The notes under the pieces were generated by a model. The model was not told where the DNA came from. It worked only from the letters and a program-made list of their open reading frames with translations, and did no database searches. A program made the position numbers and the translations under genes. From Candidatus Saccharimonadota bacterium (GTDB lineage: Bacteria; Patescibacteriota; Saccharimonadia; Saccharimonadales; Saccharimonadaceae), in assembly GCA_013333625.2 (NCBI GenBank), contig JABCOL020000001.1, positions 1 through 62,534 on the forward strand: a stretch of DNA of 62,534 nt, read 5' to 3'. Below are positions 8,473-19,704 of the stretch, piece after piece. Each line of letters opens with the position of its first letter. Position 1 is the first letter of the stretch.

Positions 8473-9871
8473 TTTCGCCCTCCATATCGCCTGCTAGCGC
8501 GATCAACTTAGCGTCGGACTTCATCGGGCCAACTAACTGCGCGCCGATCGGTAGGCCGCTAGAACTACTACCTGCTGGTATACTGATTGCTGGCAAACCT
8601 GCCAAGCTCGGTGGTACCGTCATGACATCCGCCAAGTACATCTTGACTGGATCGCTAGTGTTTTCGCCCAGACCAAACGCCGGCGTCGGCGCGGTTGGCA
8701 GCAGCAAAAAATCGTACTTCTCAAATAGCTTGTTGAATTCGTTAATCAAAACAGTGCGCGCCTTTTGAGCCTTCAGATAATAAGCATCAAAAAAGCCGCT
8801 GGATAGCACATAGCTGCCGATCATGATGCGGCGTTTATTCTCGGTCATGAACCCTTCGTTGCGGCTACGGCCGTAGAGTTCGGCTAGCGTTTTGACGCCT
8901 TCGGCGCGATAGCCGTAGCGTACGCCGTCGTAACGCGCCAGGTTGCTAGAAACTTCTGCCGGCACGACGATATAATAAATCGCCAAAGCGTATTTAAGGC
9001 TTGGCATATCAACATTTTCAACCGTGTGACCAGCTGCGCGTAATTTATTGGCAAAATCATTAACGTTAGCGCGAACTTCTGCGTCGACGCCATCGCTCAT
9101 CGCCTCGCTGATCAGGCCAATCTTCAAATGCTCGCCTGCTGATTTCTGCATTTCAAAGTAATCCGGCAGCGTCGTCATATCCTTGTCGTCGCGGCCAGCC
9201 ATCACACTAGTGACTAATGCCACATCGTCGGCATGCCGTGCGAAGCAACCCATCGTGTCGGTACTAGAAGCCATCGCCACCGCACCGTAGCGGCTACTCA
9301 AACCATAAGTCGGTTTGAAACCGTAAACACCGTTAAAACTGGCTGGCTGGCGAATCGAGCCGCCAGTATCGGTGCCAAGTGCAAACGGCACCACATCTAG
9401 CGCTGTCACGACCGCTGAACCGCCGCTAGAACCGCCGGCTACCTTGGTCTGATCAACGGCATTATGCGTCGTGCCAAAATATGAGTTCTCGGTCGAACCG
9501 CCGTGCGCAAAAGCATCGAGATTCGACTTACCAATACAAATCGCACCGGCCGCCTCGAGCTTCTCGACGACGGTCGCCTGGACTGGCGCTTGAAAATTCT
9601 CGAGCATTTTCGCCGCCGCAGTAGTTGGCGCACCGAACGCCAAGTAATTATCCTTGACCACGAACGGTACGCCCGCCAGGACGCCTGGATTCTCACCTTT
9701 TTTGATCCGCTCGTCGATCTCGTCAGCTCGCTGCAGAGCGCGCTCCGCCGTCAGGCTGAGCAACGCATGATATTTCTCGGTTTCTTGGGCTTTGGCGAGC
9801 GACCGCTCGACTTGTGCCCGCGCAGTGGTCTCGCCTTTTTTAATCCTATCTACTAATTCAATAATTTTCAT
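8465..9871 (-). CDS. gatA: Asp/Glu-tRNA amidotransferase subunit A
   Basis: Amidase signature GGSSGGS, GTDTGGSIRQPA, NLARYDG; start taken at MKIIE just after gatC. Confidence 0.97.
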   Translation of the reverse strand: MKIIELVDRIKKGETTARAQVERSLAKAQETEKYHALLSLTAERALQRADEIDERIKKGENPGVLAGVPFVVKDNYLAFGAPTTAAAKMLENFQAPVQATVVEKLEAAGAICIGKSNLDAFAHGGSTENSYFGTTHNAVDQTKVAGGSSGGSAVVTALDVVPFALGTDTGGSIRQPASFNGVYGFKPTYGLSSRYGAVAMASSTDTMGCFARHADDVALVTSVMAGRDDKDMTTLPDYFEMQKSAGEHLKIGLISEAMSDGVDAEVRANVNDFANKLRAAGHTVENVDMPSLKYALAIYYIVVPAEVSSNLARYDGVRYGYRAEGVKTLAELYGRSRNEGFMTENKRRIMIGSYVLSSGFFDAYYLKAQKARTVLINEFNKLFEKYDFLLLPTAPTPAFGLGENTSDPVKMYLADVMTVPPSLAGLPAISIPAGSSSSGLPIGAQLVGPMKSDAKLIALAGDMEGENE

Positions 9872-9873
9872 AA

Positions 9874-10164
9874 CTACAACACCTTTGGCACTTTCACGCA
9901 ATTGTCGCTTTGCTCGGCTGCTAAGGCCAGCAGCTGTTGCCGCGATACGCTGCTGTCAATGATTTCGTCGTCGCGCCAGACGTTTTGCAAGCCTGTCACC
10001 TGATACGTTGGCTCCACGCCGTCGGTATCCAACTCGTCCAGCTGATTAATATAATTGATAATTTCCTTGATATCGACGCAAAGCGATTTAATTTCCGCAT
10101 CAGGCATCTGCAAACTGCTTAATTGTGCCAAATGACGCACATCGTCGTTGGTAATTGTACTCAT
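9874..10164 (-). CDS. gatC: Asp/Glu-tRNA amidotransferase subunit C
   Basis: VRHLAQLS...LDTDGVEPT...VKVPKVL; position upstream of gatA. Confidence 0.93.
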   Translation of the reverse strand: MSTITNDDVRHLAQLSSLQMPDAEIKSLCVDIKEIINYINQLDELDTDGVEPTYQVTGLQNVWRDDEIIDSSVSRQQLLALAAEQSDNCVKVPKVL

Positions 10165-10263
10165 TATTCACTAATTATAACGCAGAAGCTAGAGAAGTGC
10201 CAAAGGATTTTGCATAAGTTACAGAAGCTCGGCCATCCCACTTATGCTACAATAAGATAAGTT

Positions 10264-12036
10264 ATGCCGCATCAAATCAAAAAGAAACTAGGAGTGACAT
10301 TATATAGAGGCGGAGCGGAGTTCCGTGTGTGGGCGCCGTTTGCCAAGCAAGTATTCATCAGCGGGACATTCACTGCGGGCGAAAAACAGCCTCTAACCAG
10401 CGAGGGCGACGGCTATTGGTTCGCACTAATTCGCAATGTTGAGCCGGGCCACCAATACAAATACATCATCGAGACGCCTGACGGCCGGCTGCTCGAGAAG
10501 AACGACCCGCGCGCTCGCGCGATTACCTCTAGCGATAAAGGTTTTTCGGTAGTCGTTGATAACAATTTCGACTGGCAAAATGATAAGGCATTCAAAATGC
10601 CTCCGCGCCAAGATCAAGTCATCTATGAACTGCATGTCGGCACCTTCAACCGCCCCGATGCTGCTACATCCGGCACCTTTGACAGTGCGATCGAAAAGTT
10701 GGACTACTTGCGAGACCTCGGCATTAACATTATCGAGCTAATGCCAATCACTAGCATGGCCTTTAGCAATGGCTGGGGCTACGCGCCAAACCATATTTTC
10801 AGCGTCGAAAGCATGCTGGGCGGGCGCCACGGCTTGATGAAGTTTGTGCGCGAGTGCCACACCCGCGGTATCGGCGTAGTGCTAGACGTTGTCTACAACC
10901 ATTTCTACGGCGATACCGACCTCTGGCAGTTTGACGGCTGGAACGAAAATAATCGCGGCGGGATTTACTTCTACAACGACGAGCGCGGCGATACGCCGTG
11001 GGGCGGGCGTCCTGATTTCGGCCGGCCGGAAGTTCGGCAATTCGTCCTTGACAATATTACAATGTGGTTGAGTGAATACCATATGGACGGCCTGCGCGTC
11101 GATAGCACTATTTACATGCGCAACACCGAAGGCCGCGATAACGACCCCGAGCACGATATTGCCGACACTTGGAGTTTATTGCAAGATATCACTGAACTAG
11201 CACACAAAATCAAACCAGATTCGCTGATAATCGCCGAAGACGCCGCTTGCAACTCAGCGATCACGGCGCCGCGCGCCAACAATGGCTGCGGCTTTGACGC
11301 GCAGTGGGAGCTAGGTTGGCCGCACGCTTTGCGCGATGCGTTGGGGTTAACTACCGGCGTAGCGCCAACTTTGCAAGGCATTCGCTATGAATTCGCGCAC
11401 TCGTATAACGGCAATGACTTTGAGCGAGTTATTTTTAGCGATTCGCACGATACTGCTGCCAATGGCTCGGTGCGGCTCAACGAAGCAGCCGACCCCACCG
11501 GCGGTACGACGCTATATGCCCGCGAGAAAGCTCTGCTGGCCGACGCCGTCACTTTGACATCCGCTGGCATACCAATGATTTTACAAGGCAGCGAGTTCTT
11601 ACAGGACGGCTCGTTCAACGATTGGGCGGCCCTAGAATGGCACAAAACTGAAAAGTATGCCGGCATCCTACTAGCTCACAAGCACTTACTAGCACTACGG
11701 CATAACGCTTACGATACAACGCGCGGCCTGCAAGGCAATTCAACCGCCCTTTTCCACGCCAACGACGACAACTGCGTTATCGGTTACCACCGCTGGGATA
11801 AGGGCGGCGCTGGCGACGACGTGCTGGTAATTGTCAATTTCAGCGACCAGCACTTCGACCATTACGATATCAATTTGCCGCTGCCAGGGCACTGGCATGT
11901 CCGCTTCAACAGCAGCTGGCACGGCTATAGCAAAGATTTTCGCGGCGTGCATTTATCATCGGTAACCACGCATAAAAACGGTACAGCCACCATCACGCTG
12001 CCGCCTTATGGAGTGTATATTTTGTCGCAAGAGTAA
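10264..12036 (+). CDS. GH13 alpha-amylase-family enzyme with N-terminal CBM48 (branching enzyme/TreZ-like)
   Basis: FRVWAP, IYELHVG, WGY, DVVYNH, DGLRVD nucleophile, IAED, SHD. Confidence 0.88.
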   Translation: MPHQIKKKLGVTLYRGGAEFRVWAPFAKQVFISGTFTAGEKQPLTSEGDGYWFALIRNVEPGHQYKYIIETPDGRLLEKNDPRARAITSSDKGFSVVVDNNFDWQNDKAFKMPPRQDQVIYELHVGTFNRPDAATSGTFDSAIEKLDYLRDLGINIIELMPITSMAFSNGWGYAPNHIFSVESMLGGRHGLMKFVRECHTRGIGVVLDVVYNHFYGDTDLWQFDGWNENNRGGIYFYNDERGDTPWGGRPDFGRPEVRQFVLDNITMWLSEYHMDGLRVDSTIYMRNTEGRDNDPEHDIADTWSLLQDITELAHKIKPDSLIIAEDAACNSAITAPRANNGCGFDAQWELGWPHALRDALGLTTGVAPTLQGIRYEFAHSYNGNDFERVIFSDSHDTAANGSVRLNEAADPTGGTTLYAREKALLADAVTLTSAGIPMILQGSEFLQDGSFNDWAALEWHKTEKYAGILLAHKHLLALRHNAYDTTRGLQGNSTALFHANDDNCVIGYHRWDKGGAGDDVLVIVNFSDQHFDHYDINLPLPGHWHVRFNSSWHGYSKDFRGVHLSSVTTHKNGTATITLPPYGVYILSQE

Positions 12037-12093
12037 CTACCTTATCTTATATATTATAACATATTTAATGGTATTATGTCAAAAAATCTTGAT

Positions 12094-13083
12094 TTAGCTA
12101 GATAAAAAGCGGATGGTAGATATATCGCCAGCCTCAACCGCAGCCCTGCCGCCAACTAGATAAGTGAATTTCGGGTCGGTATGGCCAAAATCTAGATTAG
12201 CAATGACTGGCATAGTCTGCTCAATATTTTTGCTGAGAATAATATCCCTAAGAGCCCGCTCTGTTGGCTGCGATTCCTGTTGGAAACGCCCGATCAGAAT
12301 AGCTTTGACCTGGCGAAAATACGGCTGCTGCACTACCGACTGGAAGTTGCGCTCAAATGTTTCTAAAATCGAATCGTAGCTATCGTCCTCGATACATAAG
12401 ATGATATCGCCAGCAATGCACGGAAAATACTCGGTGCCGTTCAGCAAATTTAGACTGCACATATTTCCGCCCAGCAAAATTCCTTCGGCTCTACCTTTTT
12501 GGATGATTACTGGACCAGCGTTTGGCAGAGTGGCGCGCGAGGATTTTTCGTCGTAATCCCAAGGATAATCGTAAAAGTTCGCCGACGGTGCAACTTCGTA
12601 CTCATCCGGCTGATCCGCAAACAAACAGCGCTTAAAATATTCCAGCGAATAGCTATTTTGCGGCAGCATACCAAAGCAATAAAAGTTCGGCGCAGCATAT
12701 GTGATTAAGCCAGTTTTAGCTAAAATAGCATGATTCAACACCGTGATATCCGAAAATCCGGCAAAAATCTTCGGGTTAGCGCCAATTAGTTTCCAGTCTA
12801 TTTTGTCGAGCAGCTGATTTGAATTAAAACCGCCAACGGCCGCCAAAATCGCTTTAACTTTCGAATCGGTAAATGCAGTGTGCAAATCGTCGACCTTCTC
12901 CTGGTCGCCCGGACAGCCGCGCTGAGACCGTGAAAAGGCATTTTCACTAAACGCCACTGTCAGACCGAGCGATTCCAGCGCCATCGTTGCCCGCTGCAAA
13001 ACAGCCTCGTCAATGTCGCTAGCCGAGCGCGCCAGTGCAACGATTCTAATTTCGTCGCCAGGCTGCAGTTTGTTTGGTGTCAT
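12094..13083 (-). CDS. Peptidase S66 (LD-carboxypeptidase/MccF family)
   Basis: Triad motifs GFSDIT, IEDD, FGHTDP; GGN motif. Confidence 0.9.
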   Translation of the reverse strand: MTPNKLQPGDEIRIVALARSASDIDEAVLQRATMALESLGLTVAFSENAFSRSQRGCPGDQEKVDDLHTAFTDSKVKAILAAVGGFNSNQLLDKIDWKLIGANPKIFAGFSDITVLNHAILAKTGLITYAAPNFYCFGMLPQNSYSLEYFKRCLFADQPDEYEVAPSANFYDYPWDYDEKSSRATLPNAGPVIIQKGRAEGILLGGNMCSLNLLNGTEYFPCIAGDIILCIEDDSYDSILETFERNFQSVVQQPYFRQVKAILIGRFQQESQPTERALRDIILSKNIEQTMPVIANLDFGHTDPKFTYLVGGRAAVEAGDISTIRFLSS

Positions 13084-13118
13084 TTTGATCCTTTCTGCTA
13101 AAGTTTTCGTTACTAGCC

Positions 13119-15092
13119 CTACATCTTCTCGCGAATCTCGGCGATTAGGTCGCGCAGGTCGGCGGCGCGTTCGAATTCTAAGTTGGCGCTAGCTAAATTC
13201 ATCTGCGCGGTCAGGTCTTTGACGAGATTTTTGTACTCATCGCGCGGGATTTTGCGCAGGTCGAGCTTTGGCTTGTCATCTTCTTTTTGCGGGATGATGG
13301 CGCGCAGGCCTTCGTCGATCGCTTTGCTGATACCGCGCGGCGTGATGTTATGCTCGCGGTTGTATTTTTCTTGAATCTGGCGGCGACGGCGCGTTTCGTC
13401 GATCGCCAAGCGCATGCTATCGGTCATATTGTCGCCGTACATAATCACCTTGCCGTCGACGTGGCGCGCTGCCCGGCCAATCGTCTGAATTAGGCTGCGT
13501 TCGCTGCGCAAAAACCCTTCCTTGTCGGCGTCCATAATCGCCACCAAACTAACTTCTGGCAAATCAATCCCCTCGCGCAACAAATTGATGCCGACCAGCA
13601 CGTCATAAACACCCATCCGCAAATCGCGCAAAATGTCGCCGCGCTCCAGTGTGTCGATTTCGCTGTGAATGTAAGCCGTCTTGATACCGATCTCCGTCAA
13701 GTAAGTCGATAAATCCTCTGCCATCCGCTTGGTCAAAGTAGTGACTAGTACGCGCTGCTTTTTGTCGACGCGATCGCGGATCTCGGCAATCAAATCGTCA
13801 ACTTGCCCGTCGGTCGGTCGGACGATAATCTCTGGATCGAGTAAGCCAGTCGGGCGAATTACCTGCTGCGCTGGCGCCGGGCTGCGCTGGAGTTCATAAT
13901 CGCCAGGCGTCGCCGAAACGTAAATAACTTGGTTGATGTGTTTATTAAATTCGTCAAAGCGCAGCGGGCGGTTGTCTAGAGCGCTCGGCAAGCGAAAACC
14001 GTACTCGACCAAGACTTCTTTGCGGGCGCGGTCGCCATTATACATGCCGCGCACTTGCGGCACGGTAACGTGGCTTTCGTCGATAATCATCAAAAAGTCG
14101 TCTGGAAAGTAATCTAGCAAAGTCGCTGGCTGCTCGCCCGGTTCGCGGTTGGTTAGATAACGGCTGTAGTTTTCGATACCTTTGACGAAACCAGTCTGCT
14201 CTAGCATCTCGAGGTCGTACTTGGTACGCTGGCTGAGCCGCTGCGCCTCCAACAATTTATTATTCTTCTCGAACCATTCGACGCGCTGCTCGTACTCGGT
14301 GCGAATGTTTTCGATGGCGCGCTTGATTTTTTCTTTCGGCGTAGCGTAGTGGCTGCTCGGAAAAATAGTGAAGAGTTCCGGCTCTTCTAGAATCTCGCCA
14401 GTCAGCGGGTCAATCCGCGTAATTCGATCGACGTCATCGCCGAAAAACTCCACTCGATAAGCTGTTTCACCACCCGCCGGAAAGACATCAACAACGTCGC
14501 CTTTGACGCGAAATGCACCGCGCGCAAAGTCGATATCGTTACGATGATACTGAATATCCATCAGTTGGCGCAAAAATTTGTCTTGCAAACGCCGCTCTCC
14601 GCGCTTAACGGTAATCGATAAATCATAATAATCCGCTGGCGATCCCAAACCATAAATGCAGCTGACGCTCGACACGATAACTACGTCGCGCCGCGTCAGC
14701 AAAGCGTCGGTAGCAGCATGGCGCAAGCGGTCGATTTCTTCGTTGATCGCCGAATCTTTCTCGATATAGGTATCGCTTGACGCGATGTAGGCTTCTGGCT
14801 GGTAATAATCAAAATAACTGACGAAGTAATGAACTTCGTTGTCGGGAAAAAACTGTTTGAATTCGCTGAACAGCTGGGCAGCGAGAGTTTTGTTGTGCGC
14901 CAAAATCAACGTCGGCACGTTCTTCTGAGCGATAATATTCGCCATTGTAAAAGTTTTACCGCTACCCGTCACGCCGAGCAGCACCTGCTCGCGCTGGCCG
15001 TCGTACAAACCATTCAGCAACTGGGCGATCGCTTGCGGCTGATCGCCAGTCGGTTGATACGCAGACTTTAGCCGAAATCGCTGACTATCCAT
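13119..15092 (-). CDS. uvrB: Excinuclease ABC subunit B
   Basis: [35 protein letters not shown]-terminal UVR. Confidence 0.98.
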   Translation of the reverse strand: MDSQRFRLKSAYQPTGDQPQAIAQLLNGLYDGQREQVLLGVTGSGKTFTMANIIAQKNVPTLILAHNKTLAAQLFSEFKQFFPDNEVHYFVSYFDYYQPEAYIASSDTYIEKDSAINEEIDRLRHAATDALLTRRDVVIVSSVSCIYGLGSPADYYDLSITVKRGERRLQDKFLRQLMDIQYHRNDIDFARGAFRVKGDVVDVFPAGGETAYRVEFFGDDVDRITRIDPLTGEILEEPELFTIFPSSHYATPKEKIKRAIENIRTEYEQRVEWFEKNNKLLEAQRLSQRTKYDLEMLEQTGFVKGIENYSRYLTNREPGEQPATLLDYFPDDFLMIIDESHVTVPQVRGMYNGDRARKEVLVEYGFRLPSALDNRPLRFDEFNKHINQVIYVSATPGDYELQRSPAPAQQVIRPTGLLDPEIIVRPTDGQVDDLIAEIRDRVDKKQRVLVTTLTKRMAEDLSTYLTEIGIKTAYIHSEIDTLERGDILRDLRMGVYDVLVGINLLREGIDLPEVSLVAIMDADKEGFLRSERSLIQTIGRAARHVDGKVIMYGDNMTDSMRLAIDETRRRRQIQEKYNREHNITPRGISKAIDEGLRAIIPQKEDDKPKLDLRKIPRDEYKNLVKDLTAQMNLASANLEFERAADLRDLIAEIREKM

Positions 15093-15125
15093 CTGGTATA
15101 TTTTAACATTTTTAAGCTAATCTAG

Positions 15126-15734
15126 CTAACCTTGGCCGTAACGTTTGACACTAACCTGCGGGTCGCTGCTGTCGTGTTCAACATCGGCGTATTTCTTGTC
15201 AAGCGCCTCAATGACTCGCGCTACTAACCGCTCAGGGTTTGCATCGTAAATGACATCTTTAGCACCCGGCGCCCAAACGTTCTTAAGCAAAGTAATCGTG
15301 TAATCTGCCAGGCCGCCGCTACCCAGCAAGATACCGCAGACCTTACGACTTTCGAGCGCTGTCGATAGCTCGTGCAGGCTGCCCATTCGCCCGCCGACAG
15401 TAATCACCGCATCGGCACTGCGCACCAAATGAACATCGCGGCCGACATATTCCATACCGGTGAAGTTGATATAGTCGAATTCGGCAGTCGGCAAACGGTA
15501 AGTCGAAATATGTTCGCGAAATGAACTAGCCGGCGAGAATCCGACCGACACGCCTTTAGTCTGGCTAACACTTTTGACGCCGCGCGCCGCAAAGTGCGGC
15601 AAGCCGACGGTAGCGCCTGTCAGCAATGTCTTGCCCGAACGTGCGATTTCAGCGCCAATTGCAAAAGCTTTTTCGTGAGCGCTATCAACTGTCTCGCCCG
15701 ACGCCGCGCCCGATACGCAAATCTGGTATTTCAT
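15126..15734 (-). CDS. LOG/SLOG-family nucleotide-binding protein
   Basis: LLTGATVGLP and VRSADAVITVGGRMGSLHE motifs. Confidence 0.78.
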   Translation of the reverse strand: MKYQICVSGAASGETVDSAHEKAFAIGAEIARSGKTLLTGATVGLPHFAARGVKSVSQTKGVSVGFSPASSFREHISTYRLPTAEFDYINFTGMEYVGRDVHLVRSADAVITVGGRMGSLHELSTALESRKVCGILLGSGGLADYTITLLKNVWAPGAKDVIYDANPERLVARVIEALDKKYADVEHDSSDPQVSVKRYGQG

Positions 15735-16714
15735 TATTCTCCTCGTTTTGGTAATTGTTTCTCGGTGATCGGCATAGCGTGCAGTTTGACGCCTTTATGC
15801 AAGATACCATCTTTGGCGCCAATTTTAGTAACGACGCTAGTCGAATTGGCGCTAGCGAAAATAATCGAATCTTTTAAGCTTTTACCTTGCGCCCACTGGC
15901 TCAAAAAGCCGCTAGCAAAAGCATCGCCGGCGCCCGTGCGATCAACCACTGGCACGTCTTCATACATACCAGCGCGCACCAACGTCTTGCCGTCAGTCGC
16001 TACCACGCCATTTGGACCGTCGCTAACAATCACTGTCGGACAATAGTGCAGCGCCCGCAGAGCCAACTCTTCGATAGTCTCGCCAGCCACTAGTTTTTGC
16101 ATCTCTTCTTTGTTGGTACAAAGAACGTCAACCGTGTCCAGCAAACCTTTTAGCTTTTCCGGATCAGCTAGCTCCGGACCAGCCGGGTTGAGCATGACTT
16201 TGGCGCCAACGCGCTCAGCTTCGTCCAGAATCACCCGTAACACCGTCAGACTATTGTCGGCTAGCGATGTCGGATAAATCCAATCAGCTTGGCTGATAGC
16301 TTGCAAATTCAAGCGGCCAACGTCCTTGCCAAATGTCCGCCCGCGGTGGTTCAGAATCGTGCGTTCGCCATTGGTGGCGATCAAAATTACTGAATAGCCA
16401 GCTTGCATTCGATCATCAATCAAGACATCGCGCGTATCGACACCCTCGGTATCAAGCGCTGCGATCACCGCCTGGCTGGCCGAATCATTACCCAGCGCCC
16501 ACATATAGCGGCTGTCTAAGCCCTGGCGGGCAAACGTTGTCGCGACATTCGTAGCATTGCCGCCAGTACTGAAGATCACGTCTTCGACTTCCATTTTGAT
16601 ACCTAGCGGCAGCTCGGTAAAGACTTTCTTGCCGCGAGTATGCGGGTCAAACTCATTGCTGCGAAGGAATACGTCTTGCGTGCCTTTGCCGATTGCTAAA
16701 ATTTTAACTGCCAC
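15734..16714 (-). CDS. PfkB-family carbohydrate kinase
   Basis: GGNATNVA, NKEE, DRTGAGDAFASG signature. Confidence 0.92.
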   Translation of the reverse strand: MAVKILAIGKGTQDVFLRSNEFDPHTRGKKVFTELPLGIKMEVEDVIFSTGGNATNVATTFARQGLDSRYMWALGNDSASQAVIAALDTEGVDTRDVLIDDRMQAGYSVILIATNGERTILNHRGRTFGKDVGRLNLQAISQADWIYPTSLADNSLTVLRVILDEAERVGAKVMLNPAGPELADPEKLKGLLDTVDVLCTNKEEMQKLVAGETIEELALRALHYCPTVIVSDGPNGVVATDGKTLVRAGMYEDVPVVDRTGAGDAFASGFLSQWAQGKSLKDSIIFASANSTSVVTKIGAKDGILHKGVKLHAMPITEKQLPKRGE

Positions 16715-17628
16715 TAAAGCGTCGCCTTTCCAGCGCTCCCAAAAGCGCCAATTTTCTCTTCAACGACTTTTTGGACGGCATCGTAAACTTCGGGCATCAG
16801 CTTGAAAACAGCATACTCGTCAGGATTCTCACGCAAAACCTTCTCGAGCGTAGTACGAAAAGCATAGCGCAAATCGCTGTTGATGTTGATCTTGCTAACG
16901 CCAATTTTGGACGCATCCTCAAAGTAGTGCAGCGGCGTGCCGCTACCGCCATGCAAGCTAATCTGGCAATCAATCGCCGCCCGAATTTGGCGCAGCAAAT
17001 CTAGGTCGAGAATCTTCGGCACCGGATACAGCCCGTGCAAGTTCCCAACCTGCACCGCCATAGTATCGATACCCGTGGCATCTACAAAACTTTTAGCTTC
17101 CTCAGGCTTGGTATTCCATTTTTTAACTTCCTCGTAGTCGATTTCTTCTTTATGCAGGTTGGAATCGCCAAAGAAATAGCGCTCCTCGGCCTCGACCAGC
17201 GCGCCTGTAAACTTAGCATATTCGACAACTTCGCGAGTTTTCTCGATAATTTCCTCGAGCGAAGCATCGTGATTTGCCTGCGAAATATCGATATGAATGA
17301 ATTCAAAGCCAGCATCAATAGCCTGCTTGCAACCCTCGACTGTCGGCGCATGATCGAGGTTGATATACATCTCGACACCGTAGTTTTGGCTATAGTTATC
17401 GACCAAATCGCGAATATTTTCGTAGCCGCCCAGCGAGGCTGCTTCGTTAGCGCTGACTTCGACCATCACTGGCGCCTTGGTTTTTTGTGCTGCCTGGCAA
17501 ATCGCACGCAATGTTTCTTGATTGTCAATATTAAAAGCGCCCACCGCGAAACCCTCTAGCCGGCTGCGGCGCATTAGGTCGCGCGCCCGGCTGGTACGCT
17601 GGCGAATTTCATCAATTGATAAGCTCAT
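16714..17628 (-). CDS. fba: Class II fructose-bisphosphate aldolase
   Basis: NLDHA, GNLHG, LHGGSG, KININ. Confidence 0.9.
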   Translation of the reverse strand: MSLSIDEIRQRTSRARDLMRRSRLEGFAVGAFNIDNQETLRAICQAAQKTKAPVMVEVSANEAASLGGYENIRDLVDNYSQNYGVEMYINLDHAPTVEGCKQAIDAGFEFIHIDISQANHDASLEEIIEKTREVVEYAKFTGALVEAEERYFFGDSNLHKEEIDYEEVKKWNTKPEEAKSFVDATGIDTMAVQVGNLHGLYPVPKILDLDLLRQIRAAIDCQISLHGGSGTPLHYFEDASKIGVSKININSDLRYAFRTTLEKVLRENPDEYAVFKLMPEVYDAVQKVVEEKIGAFGSAGKATL

Positions 17629-17642
17629 ATTGTCTCCTTTCC

Positions 17643-18668
17643 TTAAAATCCTGCATGATATTGCGGTACGCGATCAACAAATTCACGCGTCTTCTGAGCG
17701 ATACTCGCTTCATCAAGTCCAAAGGCTTGCAGCAACTCGCCAGCCTCGCCGCTCTCGCCGAAACGATCATTCATGCCGATGCGCAATATCGGCGACGGCA
17801 GCTGTTCGCCTAGCAGTTCGGCAACAGCACCGCCCAAACCGCCAGCAATTTGCGCGTCCTCAACTGTAACTACCCGGCCAGTTTTGCGAACACTGGCCAG
17901 AATCGTCTCGTTATCGAGCGGCTTGACCGTCGGCGCATGTACCACTTCGACCGAGACGCTGCTACTTTGCAATTCGTTAGCTGCTCGCAGCGCGTACGCC
18001 GTCATGATGCCAGTACTGACAATCGTCGCATCGCTGCCCTGGCGCAACACATACGCCTGGCCAATCTCGAATGGCGAATCCAGTGTACTGAATGTCGGCG
18101 TAGCAGCGCGCGTTAACCGCAAGTAAGCCGGCTTATCGGTCCTGGCAAGTACTTTGGTGGCTTTCTCGGCCTCAATAGCATCACCCGGGCAAACGACAAT
18201 CATGTTCGGCAACACCCGCATCAACGCGATATCCTCAAACATTTGGTGGGTAGCACCATCCGGCCCAACCGTTGTACCGCTATGTCCGCCGACAATCTTA
18301 ACCGGCATATCGTTAAGTGCAATCGTCGCTTTGATCTGCTCCCAGCTGCGTCCCGGGTGAAACGCCGCGTAACTGGCTGCAAACGGAATTTTACCAGCGC
18401 GCGCTAGTCCGCTCGCCACTGTCGCTAGGTTTTGCTCGGCGATACCGACCTCGATATAACGCTCAGGAAAAGCCTTGGCAAAAGCATCCATTTTGACGCT
18501 CTCGACCAGATCGGCGCACAGACCGACTACTCGCTCATCAGCTTCGCCGGCCGCCTTCAAGCCGCGCCCAAAACCAGCGCGGGTGGCTTCTGCTTCTGGT
18601 TTTTCATTATAAATGTTGCCATTTAGAGGATAATTATACACGGCCTTCTCCTGAATATCGTTTTGCAT
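17643..18668 (-). CDS. Transketolase C-terminal subunit
   Basis: GIAEQN, VGPDGATHQ, GGLGGAVAE. Confidence 0.92.
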   Translation of the reverse strand: MQNDIQEKAVYNYPLNGNIYNEKPEAEATRAGFGRGLKAAGEADERVVGLCADLVESVKMDAFAKAFPERYIEVGIAEQNLATVASGLARAGKIPFAASYAAFHPGRSWEQIKATIALNDMPVKIVGGHSGTTVGPDGATHQMFEDIALMRVLPNMIVVCPGDAIEAEKATKVLARTDKPAYLRLTRAATPTFSTLDSPFEIGQAYVLRQGSDATIVSTGIMTAYALRAANELQSSSVSVEVVHAPTVKPLDNETILASVRKTGRVVTVEDAQIAGGLGGAVAELLGEQLPSPILRIGMNDRFGESGEAGELLQAFGLDEASIAQKTREFVDRVPQYHAGF

Positions 18669-19704
18669 CTTTTTTCTCGAGAATCACTAGCGATCGGAAC
18701 ATCGCCTTGGCGCTTTCTGAAACAGCGAGCGATTCTTTATTGTTGTATAAATACAACAAGTAGCTTCCTTTACCGTATGCTCGCGAGCAAATCACTGATA
18801 AATGCGGCTTACCGCTGCTGTCATTAGCCAAAACGCGAGCACACAAAAGTTGCACAGCGCCGCGGTCATTCGCGAAATCAGCAGATGACTGATACCACTC
18901 TATACCAGTCACCAAGTCACCGTTACTCTTCGCATTTCCGATCTTGTCTTCGATAACTTTTCGCGAATTAACTCTATCAGAACTACTGCTAAAATTTTCG
19001 CTACCAACCACAGATATAGTCATTAAAATACTGTTGCTATCCCGATACCAATGAATACCGTTATCGTTCTCAAATTCTTTCCAGCCCTCTGGCAATTTGC
19101 CGTTTTCGATGCGCCAAACTGGCGAACCCTGCGGCTGGTAATTATCATCAAGCGAGACACTTCGGACAGTTCTAGCGCTGTTCTTTTCCTTGCCTTTGTT
19201 ATCGCCGGCGTGATCAAACTGCGAGAAAAGCGGCTGCATCGCCCCAGACACTAGAAGTATCGTAACGATAATAGAAATAACAAGCGTAACCGAATTAATA
19301 ATAATACCAATAACGCCCGCTGCTTTCGAAGTACCGTAGCGGTTCGCCTTGATAACGCTAGCAATGCCGAGCGGCAAGCCAATCATACTCACCCAAAGCA
19401 AGCCAAGTATGATACTAACAGCACCCATCCAGTTGCCCGGCGACTGTGTTGGCGCAGGCTGCGAATACGGATAAGCGTAAGGGCTAGCCGGCGGATAAGT
19501 ATTGTTTGCCGGCGGAGCGGTGTACTGCGGAGCAGCATATTGCGGTGCTGGCGGCGAAACAGGCGGCACTGAGGCAGCTGGCTGAACTGGCGGCTCTGAC
19601 GGAGCAGATGCGGCCGAAGTCTTCGGCGGTTTCGGCGGCTTTGGTGGAGTTGGCGGTTTCGACGCCTTGGACGGCATCGAATTGTTAGACGATTGATTAC
19701 TCAT
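18634..19704 (-). CDS. Membrane protein: Pro-rich N-terminus, DUF4190-like TM pair, C-terminal soluble domain
   Basis: PPKPPKPPK and PQYAAPQY repeats, two hydrophobic helices; GGAGG before ATG 19704. Confidence 0.7.
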   Translation of the reverse strand: MSNQSSNNSMPSKASKPPTPPKPPKPPKTSAASAPSEPPVQPAASVPPVSPPAPQYAAPQYTAPPANNTYPPASPYAYPYSQPAPTQSPGNWMGAVSIILGLLWVSMIGLPLGIASVIKANRYGTSKAAGVIGIIINSVTLVISIIVTILLVSGAMQPLFSQFDHAGDNKGKEKNSARTVRSVSLDDNYQPQGSPVWRIENGKLPEGWKEFENDNGIHWYRDSNSILMTISVVGSENFSSSSDRVNSRKVIEDKIGNAKSNGDLVTGIEWYQSSADFANDRGAVQLLCARVLANDSSGKPHLSVICSRAYGKGSYLLYLYNNKESLAVSESAKAMFRSLVILEKKDAKRYSGEGRV

